From: a virus
Length of the DNA stretch: 64,000 nucleotides
Virus record (IMG/VR): IMGVR_UViG_3300025086_000013
Span: 30,935-94,934 of that record
Direction: 5' to 3' (one strand)
Shown: positions 1-12,000 of the stretch, piece by piece
Numbering within the stretch: the first letter of the stretch is position 1
How the letters are laid out: each line of letters begins with the position of its first letter
Notes under the pieces: generated by a model
The model's input: only the letters and a program-made list of their open reading frames with translations
Database searches by the model: none
Told to the model about the DNA's origin: nothing
Made by a program: the position numbers and the translations under genes

Positions 1-3000
1 ATCTAGGAATAGGAAGAGATACAAAATCATTTTTTTCTCTAAGTGATATTTTAAAATCTTTTAACCATCCTAAATATACATTTGGTAATACAACTGATCC
101 AATATTTCTTGCGCCTTCTTTTACATTAGTATATGCTATGGTCTGGCCATTCATATTATCTATATCCATACCAGCTTCTCCTGCTTTTGCAGCTAAAGTT
201 GGAAGTCTATCTTTTATTTTTTCCCACATGTCAGCTAAAGGATCAATTACAGCTGGTTCATTTTTAATACCTAATCTACGCCCAGGTAATACTTTAGTCA
301 TACCATTATTACCAAGAAGAGCAAATTTATAATCTAATATATTATTATTGTAACCACCAGCATAAGGTTCAGAATATAAAACTCCTGTTTGTTTTTTTCC
401 TTTAGAATCTTTATATGTATATTCTTTTTTATTTGATTCTCTAAATTCTTTATATTCATTTTTTGTTACAGGTAGTCCTAAAACTTTTAATGCTCCTGCT
501 ATATGTTTATTCTTTCCAAAGAATTCCATGATTTGTGCATCAGTAGCTTTTTCATTTACATCTATTTCATCTTTATATAAAGGATCAAATCCACCTGTTT
601 CATTTTCATTTTTAGTTGGATCATAATCATATCCATTTTCTTTTGCCCATTTAGCTTTTACATTTTTAGGATCTGTTCCAGATAGTAGTCCAGATTTTTT
701 ATCCTTAGTTGCCCATGTTAAGTATTCATCAAATATAACATCAGCAGGTTTTTCAATTTCATACTTGCTATCATATAAAATACCCTTATTACTTCTCCAT
801 TTTTTAACAGCCATTGCCATGGAAGAACCTTTATCATTTTGATATTCTAGTGTTTTATATCTTATATAGTCTGCAAATTGTTCATTTAAAGTAGCACCTT
901 TACCATATTCTTTAAAATTACCTTGAGTATCAGTATAAAATTCTTTGTTTTGAATATATAATTTATCAATATCAAAGTCAGCTCCTGATACTTCAATTAG
1001 TTCTCTAGGAAATACTGCAGTAGATCCTTTAGCAGCTGACATAAAATCAACAATTTTTAAATTTATTGCTGAGTGTTTATCTTGAGAAGGAATACGTACA
1101 CCAAATTGTTTTGCAATAGCATCTGGTATAGGTTTAGTAGGATCTAAGTTTTCCATTATTTCTCTGAAGTGTGGTGGTAATATAAATTCAGCATATACTA
1201 AATCAGTAGGAATTAATTGATTGTTCTCATCTTTCATTAATTTACCATCCTTATTTCTTTTATACTCTTGAACATCATACCTTAATCTATCTATATATAA
1301 ATCACCAACTTCTAATCCTGAAAATTTTCCATCTGTATTTTCAGTAGCTACTGGATTCCCTTCATTATCTAATGCTAATTTAGATTTTTCTGAATCACTC
1401 ATTCTTTTAAAACCTTCTGTACTTACAACAGTCCATGCAATAGGGTTGCCATCTTTATCTTTAGCATCAACTCTTTTAACTACATTTACACCATAGTCAG
1501 ACATAAGAACTACATTATGACCTGGTTGTTTTTCACTTAATACACCCTTACTAAAGAATGTCATAAATAGTTCTGACATTTTTTGTATAGTAATAGGGTT
1601 ATTTAATTCATAATTAGGTTGTCCTGTTATTCTATCATAGGAAAAGAATTCTAAGTATTGTGATTTAGATTGAGAAGATTCTAATGCTGCTATAGCAAAA
1701 TCTAGAAAAGATTTTAAATCTAAAGAAACTTCATTAGCATTAAAAGATTTATCTATTTCACCTAATGCAGTACTAAGATCAAAGATAAGGCTTCTTCTGT
1801 CTAAGTACTTAAGCTCTACTCTATTAGATATAGAATAGTGATATAAGCTTTTAAGTTCTCCTATTGTTATTGTCTTATCACCAATAACAACTTCAACACT
1901 AGGATCCTGTTCATTAAGTATTAAATTTTTAATTTGTCTAGGATCAACAATTTCTGTCTTATTAGAAGGTGTTACTTGTTGAAGTCTCATGTAATCTGCA
2001 TTAAGCACAGATACATTTTTTGAATTTATAAAAGTATTTGATTCAAATAGATCTGCATGTTCTGCAATATTTTTATTAAACATTTTAGAAGCAGATTTAG
2101 GAACAGCCATTATAACTCTATTGTTTTCTTTTTCCCATGTCTCTAATTTTGTTCTTAAATTATATTGTTTTATTCTATGTGGATAAGGAGTTCTTACACC
2201 TGTATTTACATCTATGTAACTATCATCGTCTGGTATAAGATATGTTTCTGACATTTTTATAAATATACTTCCATCTCCATATACCCACTTCTTAGAGTTT
2301 AATTGTGCATCTAATTGTTTATATCCTATACTACTTTTATCAGCAGCACCAAACATTTCTTCACCTGTTATTTGTTCTCCTTTTTCAAGTCTATCTATTA
2401 GATTTGCTTGTTGTTTAGTTAATTCACCAAGACCAAAATACTTATATCTAAAACCTTTTAATGTACCATATACTTGAGCATCTGTTTGAGAAATTGCATC
2501 ACCCGGTTTGTCAGTATAAAATTCACTATCAATTTCAGGATCATTAAACACTATCATATCTATTTCTGTCAAAGTGTGTTTAACACCTAAGCTTGGAGCA
2601 GTAATTATTGACTTAGCACTTTTTCCTGCAGCATTTTGCATTTTTGCTCTTTTAATAGCATCTATAGGATCTTTTATTTTCATTGCTTGATTCCCAAGAA
2701 GTAATTGATTTATAGATTTTGTATTGAGCCAATTGCTAAGAAATATTTGCTTAAGGTTATATTCAAGTTGATTAGCTTTTAAATTTAAAGCTTCCATAGA
2801 AGTTTTAGTTTCTTGATTAACACCTCTATCTGCTTTACCTTCTTTTTTATTTATTGATAATTGTGTTTTAATTCTGTTATCAATAAGTTTTTCTGCTTTT
2901 ATTTTCTTTGCAGTTTTTATAAACTCATCTGATTGAGCTAATAAAGCTTCTTGAATAAATTCTTGTGATGTTATTCCGCTTTCATGTTTAAAGCTTGCCA

Positions 3001-6000
3001 TAGCGTCTTTAAAGCTTTTAGCTTTTCTTGCCTCTTTTTCTAAATGTCTTTTTAAAGAATTATCAAATACATTTCCTTCTTGCTCAAATTCTCCTAGCTC
3101 TGCTCTTTCTATTTGAGCATCTTCAATAGGTTGTATTTTAATTCTATGTAAAATATTATTACCGTTACCTTTAACACCATTAAACCATTCTTGTAATCTT
3201 TTACTTTTTACATAGTATGTATTATTATCATTGTCAATAACTTCAAATTTAAAAACATCATCTGAATCTTTTTGTATTGAGTCACCTAGTTCTTCTATTA
3301 CAGCATCAATATTTACATCCGTTCTTTGCACTATACCTTGATGTGCTACCTGATACTCTATGCCATTTATTATAACTGTAGCACGTGTATTTTCACGCAT
3401 ACCTGTTATACCTCCTTTCTTTAAGAATACTTTTTGAGTAGCTCCTTCTTTTGTAATTAAAGGAAAATCAGCTGATCCTAATCTTTTCTTTACAGCGTCT
3501 TCAGTAACCTCCACTCTTTTATCTGCTGTTCTTCTTATAGTTGTAACTTCTGAAGTTTGTGTTAATTTATAAGCTCTATACTTTTTTTGATTTAAATCAT
3601 TTTTAGTATCATTAATTTCTTCTAGACTATTAGCATCATTAAATCCATCTATAATATCTTCATCTGCTGTTGGGTTTAATAATTTTTCTGTTTCCTCTAG
3701 AATAATATTATATTCTTTTTCAACTTCTGCAATCCAATTATCAAGATAATCTTTTCTTAAACTAACATCTCCTGTTTTTTTATTTGTTTCAACAGCTTTA
3801 TTTACAGGAGCTTCTATCCAGTCTGAAGTATTTGATTCACTTAAAACTCTAATTAATATAGGTGATGTTGAAAAATAATCAATCTTTCCATTTTCATTTG
3901 TATATTCAATTTCATCTATTTTTCCTGTTACAGGATTAAAGTTTAATAAGTACATGTTTATCATGTTAGCTAAAAACTCATTTGGTCTCATTTCACCATA
4001 GCTTACACCTGGCATATTATTAGCATCAAGACCTTTGTTTTCTATAACAGTTCCATCCTTAGTAGTTGTAGTTGTAGTTTCTTTCATACCTATCATTCTG
4101 ATAGCTTTAAGTTTTTTCAACTCTCCAAGTTTTTGCATTCTTTTGTCATTAGCTAGAAAGTTCTGTGCTAAATATCCAGTAGCATCATTATTCATAACTT
4201 CCTCTAGTCCACCTTGTTTATTTATCATTGCAATTTTCTGTAAATGATAAGTAGGTAACTGATGAGCATATATATAATTTCCTTTAGGATCTAAAAATAC
4301 AGTTGTCCCTACAGTTTCATCAAAAGCAGCATTAGCAAGAGCCCATTTACCAAGTCTTTTTTTAATACCTTCTGGTTTTTCTTGTTCAGCTTTACTTTCT
4401 ATATCTTCTTGTAAAGCCTCTAACTCTTCTGCATTTTGATTATCTAGAAATAAATTTTCTCCTCTTACAAGAGACTGTTCTAATTCTGAAAGGTCTTCTA
4501 TTGTAACAGGATTTTCATCAAACAAATCTGTTATAGAAGATTGATAAGGTGTAACAGCATCAGTCTTACCTGTTGATAAAATACTATACTGCACATATGC
4601 TGCACTTAAACTAATACCTGTAAGTTTTTCTAAATCTGCTGCAATTTCTTTTGAAACTTTTTTTAATAAGGAATCAGATATAGTATTTTTTCTCATTTGT
4701 GATCTAAGTCTATCTAACACATCTTGAAGTTGTGTAAAATAAGGAGAATATACATTTACATCTTGCCCCTTTTTATTAGTTTCTATTCTTGGTTTTAATT
4801 TTTGAAATACTTGATCAAATGCTTCTCCCCATAATGCTAGTTGAGAATGTGCATCATCTTTTTTATTTGCAGCAAATAAGCTTGTTTTACCTGAAGCTTT
4901 ATCTCTTAATGCAAATATATAATCAACTCTAAATTGACTAAACCCTTTTATAACTTTTTGGTAAAATATAGGATCTAAAGGTGTAGGTACTACTCCCTCT
5001 TCCATTATTTTAGTCATTGCATCTTGATAACCATTTTGTCCATACAATCTAACAAAAAAGTTTTTAATAACAGCCGCACCATTTACACTTGTTTCACCAA
5101 ATAGTAACATCTTTTTTAACATAGATATTTCATCTACTGCTCCTGCCATTGATTTAAGCATACTATTATATGCTTGTATATAGTCAACACCTGTTCTAAG
5201 TACTAATTGATCTTTAGGAGCTGCTTCTGGATTTATTATTATATCTTTACCATATTTATCTTGTTCTTTGACTGAAGTAGTAGCAATAAATAAACGTAAC
5301 TCAGTACTAAGATTTTTAAATCCTCCTTGTTGATTTGCTTCATCATCCCATTGTTCACCTCCGTTTTCTTCTTTACTTTCTAGTGCATCATGTTCATCCA
5401 CATGAGTTTCAAATTCTTGTTTAGTTTGAAGAAGATCTAAATACTCTCTAGCTCCTTTTCTTATTTGTCTTTTATGATCTTTAAGGGCTTCATATTTTTC
5501 TTCTTGATCTAATATCTCTAAAGCTGAATAATCATTATATTCAGCTCTATCTGGATTTTGTGTTTCTACAATTAAATCAACTGCCTTTCTTAAAAGGTCT
5601 TTTGGTTTAATTCCTTTTTCTTTAGAAATTTTAGCTTGTGAAATCAGATCCCAATATGCTGCTGCAATATTTCTTGTAATTTTATCTGACTCATTTGATG
5701 TAAAATAAATTTTAATAGGTGTATCTATTTCTATAATTTCACCAGCTCTTCTTACTTTCTCTTTTTTAACAATAGTTTTTTTAGGTATGATTGCAAATAC
5801 TGGTGCTGCTATACCTCCGTTTGTTTCTGCTAAAGCTTCAGTAAATCTATTTGTTTGTCTGTTAGCTGTTTTAAATTTTCCTGAATCAATTTTTTCAAAT
5901 AATTTATCTATTTGATTTTCTTTCCACTTTTTAGGAGTAACTTTTGAAAATATACTTATTATCCAGTCTAAAACTTTTCTGAAAAAACTTTTAATTTCTG

Positions 6001-9000
6001 GATCAACTTTTGTTTTTTTAGGGTTTATTTTAAACTCTTCAAATCTATCTGCCATCCATTCTTCAGACATACGTTCTATTGCCTGTTCTTTAGTCATATC
6101 TGTATATACTGGACTTTGTAATTTAAATTCTTCTATGGCTTTATCTAAACTTTTATTTTCAGATTTTAATTGAGCCATTAAACCTTTTTTACCAAGTGAT
6201 AAATATTTAACAATTTCTGTTTCAGTTAACATTAATCTAAATACAGCATGGAATGCTTCATGATATCTATAAGGAGATGTATTACCAGTATATATTTTAC
6301 CAAAAAACTTCTCACCTCCAGCAACTTTTCTTAGTTCCATTAAAAAAGCACCTACAGTAATACCATTGTTTTTAAGTTTTAATTGTAAGTTGTCTATCTC
6401 TTCTATACTAATATAATCAGGAAGATTTTGTTTAACCCAATTTATAAATACATTTATATCTTGTATATCTCTTCCATCCCAATCATCTTTAACCACCTTT
6501 AAAACTGATCCTTCTAACTCATCTATTTTTGCTTTTAATGCAATTATTTGAGGATCCTTTGCTACTTCATCAAGTACCTTACGTCTTAAACCTTTTGTTC
6601 CTTCAGGAAAAGTACTTTTTATTTTTTCAAATTTTTGAACCCATAGATCTTTGTATTCTTTTTTTAATTTATCTAGATCTTTAACGTCTTGCTGATTCAT
6701 TGTTTGAGGTGGTGTAAGACCTTCTTCATTTTCTATTTGTTCAGCTTTAGGATCGTTTTGTTTAAGAGCTGCTACATAATTTAATATTTTACGTCTATTT
6801 GCTCTTGATCTAAATATTATATCTTCTTGTTTTTTAAGTTCTTGTTTTTCATTTACTTTTCTAGCTATATCTTCAAGCACCGCTTCTGGAACTTTTTCAA
6901 AATTATTGTTAAGAGATTTTTCAAAATCTTTCTTGTACCAAGTATCTAAATCAAATACTGTAGTATCATCTTCTCCTTGTTGCTCATTTTCTATATTATC
7001 ATAAGGGTCTGCTGCATTATCTAATATTCTTTGAATACCAGCTGGATCATTAACTACTAAATCCATACGTTGATTATATCTAATCCACGGTTTTATATTA
7101 ACACTTGTATTGTCTTTTAAATCTTTAAAAGTAGCATCTTTAGGAACACTGTTTCTAAAAGCACTAGCATCTAATTTAAAATTTGTTTCATGAAACTTAA
7201 CTTTTCCTTTATGATCTTTTTTTGCTTCTGCTTCTTTTTTATCTAACTTTTCTTGTATTAGTTTAATAAATCCCTCTACATCATTACTTTCTATTTTTTC
7301 TAAATCTTTAGGATATATTGTTGCATCATAATCTAATTTAACTTCTACATTTTTTCCTCCTACAATTGTTTTAAATTTTCTAGAATAATCAACTTGAAGA
7401 TTACCAAATTCTGTTACTTCAAGTTTTATTGTTTCACCAGGTTTACCTGAAATAAATAAACCTTTAGAAAAACCAAATATATCTTTTTCACCACTACCGT
7501 TATCAAGCTCTTCATTAAATTTATAATTAAATTTTTTATCAACTCTTTCAGGTTGAGATCCTTTTTCTTTTTTAAAGTTACCACCTTCATCTACATTTAA
7601 CTTAGTAAGAGAAACTCTGTCTTTAATTTTTTGAATAATGTTAGAAATTTCTGATGTAGATTTAGATTCAGATTTCATTTCTGCAAATGTAATTTCACCA
7701 TCAGGAGTTTTAATAACTAATACATATCTACCAAAATTATTTCTTAAATCAGCTCTATCTGCTGCTTCTTTTACTTCTGCTCTAAATTCTTTATATTTTT
7801 TTTGTTGCCACTTTTCATCTTGTGGAAAATTAGTTATACGGTCAGCTTCAGCTAATCTTTCTTCTGAACCTAGCTCAGATACACGTTGATCTATAATATA
7901 ATATATATCTGTTGGTACACCATCTACTTTCATAGTACCAATAGTATTATATTCTAGTTGATCAAATTTTGTCATTTCTGACTTCTTCTTAGGATATGCA
8001 ACTATTCCTTTATTAATTTTTACACCAATCTTTTGCTCATCCATCAGATCTGTAAGTTTCATTTTTACAGTTCCATCATCAGATTTGTTTATTAAGTCTT
8101 CAAATTTCTCTTCTAATAAATAAGCAGCTGCATATGTTCTTTGTAATTTTTCAGCAGCTTTATCATCTTTATTTGTTCTAAATAATTGATGGGCTTGTTC
8201 AGAAGTTATTTTTAATGGGTTTATTTTGTTATTATTTTTATCTAATAATATTACATCACTAGGACTTTGAAGAACTGCTATTTGTTCTTTTCCTGACCAC
8301 AGAACAACACTGTACTTTGAACCTCCTCTTTTTATTTTTGTATTTACTTCATAACCTTCAAAATTTTCAAACTGATCTAGATCTTTAGTTTCTTTTCCAG
8401 CAACATTAGTTTCATAAGCATCACTCCTTTCAATTCTTATTTCAAAATTAGCTATAGTTTCTGGATCCATTTCCATTATTTGTCTAGCTAATTCTAATCT
8501 AGCATCTTCACTATCACTATATAATTTTCTTCCATTAATTTCTGGATTAAAAGCATAAAACTGTAAAGGTTCTTGCATTCTTAATCTAGTTGTTTTAGTA
8601 GCTGGTAAGTTTATTTCTTTTCTGTCTTCTTTCTTGGCTCCTATTTTACTTCCAACAGTCCAACCACCATCATCAAAATTTTCTTGATCTATGTATTTAA
8701 TTTTACCAGTTCCTTCTGTGCTAACAACTTTTAAATTATTATATTCCTCTACATTGTCTTTTGATGATGCAACTTGCCATGTATTACCATCTTTATCTTC
8801 TACTATATCACCTTTTTTAAAAGTATCTGTTTTATTTTCTGAAGTTTTAAAATCAAACTCTGTAGTTTCTTGAAGCTTTTCTCTTAAATCCTTCATAGCT
8901 TGATCTGCTTCAGATTTATTTGTATAATGATCTTTAAGAAACTTACCTTCTGGATCTAAACCTCTATGCATGTCATGTGCATTATCATTAGCAAAAGTTC

Positions 9001-12000
9001 TTATTTCCCAAAATTTATCTTTTTTATTAGTTTTTTTATTATATGCGTCAGTTCTAACAAGTCTTATTCCAATCTTCATTGCATATTCTTCAACCTCATT
9101 ACTATCAATTTCAGCTTTTACTTTTGTTTTGTTGTTCATTACATTATCATATAATATATCAACAACATCTAAACCTTGAGTATTAACTATTTTTATAATA
9201 GAAGCTAGACCTTGATTAGCACTTAGCCACTGATCAAATGTTTTATCTCTTTTTTTAGCGGCACTTAACTTTTCATATATGGCATATGTTTTTTGTCTAG
9301 ATCTTGCAAAAGGTGCACCATATTCAGATTTTATAAATTTATTAATATCTATTATTAAAGGACCTTTATTTGTTGACTTATCATTTGCCCATCTTATTTT
9401 ATACTCATCATGTAATACATGAAGCATTTCTTTTGTGTTTGGATCTTTATCTAAAAACTTTTGAAGATTATCTAAAGTTGTAACTTGTACTGGTGATTGA
9501 CCAGCACCTTTAGCAATAGCATCAAGGTCTTCTTCAGTAGTGTCATCATCAATAGATCCTTTATCTATATTTTCTTTATCTACTTCAGCTTCTTCACCTA
9601 CTTCTTCTTCTTTAGATTTTTTATCTGCTTCTACAATTAAATTATGATTAGTTTTTTCATCTTGAATAATTTTCCAAGCTGCAGGATTTTCTTTTGCTGT
9701 AACTACATTAATTTTACTATCTTCACTATAATAGTCTGTTGGAAGAACACCGGATTCTAAAAATATTTTTGCTTGATCTGCATCTGCAAAAATTCCTTTT
9801 TTTGCTAATGCTGATAAATATTTTGAACGCTCTTGTTTTTTAATAAATGTATCTAATTTTTTATAGATATTGTATTTCTTTTTATTTTCTTTCCATATTC
9901 TATTCATTGACTCTGACATTCTATCTGCAACTTCAACAAGCATTTCGGAATTGTTTAATACTTGAGAAGCTTTATAATAGTCAATCATTCTACCGCCTAA
10001 AGTCTTATGATCAATAATCATATCAAGAGCTTCATTTAACTTATCTTTATCTGCCCCTCCTCTATTTTTACCACTAGTTAATGCAAGATGATCTATATAA
10101 TTATTAAAAGCTTTTCTAAGTTTTGCAATCTTTCTTCTATCAAATTCTGATGTAGATGTTTCATTTTCTTTGGAATAAAATACATCATAATATTCCTTAA
10201 GAAGTTTTAATTTTTCTTTTTTATTTTCATATTGTTTTTTAAAGTCTTTTGGAGCATTTTTTTCAGGTTCTATTTTTAATTCTTCAGTCAATATACTCAT
10301 TTCTTGAAGCATAGAATTTCTATCTGTTAATGCTGCAATATCATTAGCAGCTAAATTATCTATAACTGGATCTACAGCAAGTTTTTCTAGTATTGATTCC
10401 ATTCTTTGTATAGATCTCTGATATGTATCATTAGAAAACATTAACATCATTTTAGCTTGTTGGTATGCTCTCTCCCTTATTGCTTCTTGAGCCCATGCTA
10501 ATGAGTTTGTCTTAAATTTACTTGCATCATAAGGATTTATAAATTTATCTTTAAATTTATTATAATTATTTTCCATGTCTCCAAGTCTTTCAAGCATTCC
10601 TGAAAGTCTTTTTCTAACATCATCAGCACTAGCTTCTGAATCAGAAAACGCTTCTAATAATTCTGCATTATCCATATTAAGATAAGCTTGGAATTTCTTT
10701 TTAAATTCATTAGCTTTTCCTAGATCAATCATTGTATATAGCTTACTAAATATAGCTTGATCTTTTGCATCTTTAAAGTTCATTATTCTACCTTCATAAG
10801 ATGCTGCTAACATTTCTATATTAAGTTGTTTTTGAGTAAGACCATCTATCTTTGTTGGATCAAAATAGTTTCTTGGATCAGCCCACATTTCATTGAGAGC
10901 ATCTACAGAATTTTTTACATACTTTTCCTTTTGTTTTTGATAGTTATCATATTTTTCTTTATCTGTTACATATGTATATGCTTGAGGCATATGCTCAAAT
11001 AAAATTTTTTGAAAAGGTTGAACCATACCACCCATTAAAAATCCTGACATAAATGTTTCAAATGTTACACCTTCACCATGAATAGCTGCAGCATATGCAT
11101 CTTTAAATTTAACATTACCAGATTTTCTAGCAGATTCTACAGATGCTATATTTAAATCTAATGACGTTGACATAACTTCATTAAACAATCCATCATAATA
11201 ATAACCTGTACCAGCAGCAACTGCTTCTTGTGCTAATTCTTGAAAACCTTCTGCAAAATTAGCTGTAAGATATCTAAGACCTGCAGCACCTGCACCTTTA
11301 GCTCCATTCTTCCAACCTGCATTCCAAACTCCTTTAAGACCAGTTCCTGCATCAAAGAATGCTTTTTCTGACCCAGCTTTAGATCTAAGAATTCTACCAC
11401 CAGCACCTTCCATAGTTTCATCTAGCATTCTACCTATAGGTTTAAATCCTCTTAGTGCACCATCTAAAACAAGCTTATTACTTAACCATATAATTGGAAA
11501 ATTTTTCCATGCCGTACTCCATCCTACACCTTTAGATAAATAGTTAATAGCATCCCATTCTTCTTTTGATAATTCAGCTCCACCATTTTTTTCTAATGCT
11601 TCTATGTAATATTGCTCTCTTTTATCTAATTCTTGTATACCACCTTCTAATTTAGATTCTGACCATGCTAAATTAATCATTCTTAAATCTCTATAAAATC
11701 CACCAAAAGTTTTAGAAGCTTTAGCTAAATTAGAAAGATTCTTAACACCATTTTTTGTAGAGTTTATTTTGCTTAAAGCATACGCTGTTTCTGGTGCTAT
11801 ACCAGACATAACCCATCTTCCTGCTCTTGCTGTATATGTATTACCTTTTGCAAAATTATAAAAATCTCTTGCTTTATCAATAGCACCTAGCTCTTGCATA
11901 AAGTTTTGAGTATAGTTTGTTGCAGTTCTTCCTACATCATTAAGTTTGTCTGCAGCAGTAAATAATCTTTTTAAATTTCCTGCAGTTCTTAATGCAGCTA

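Noticed and set aside
8650-8830. Possible KOW/SH3-like domain (FKKGDIVEDKDGNTWQV) in the giant protein
   Set aside because: Too short and generic to support without a profile search.
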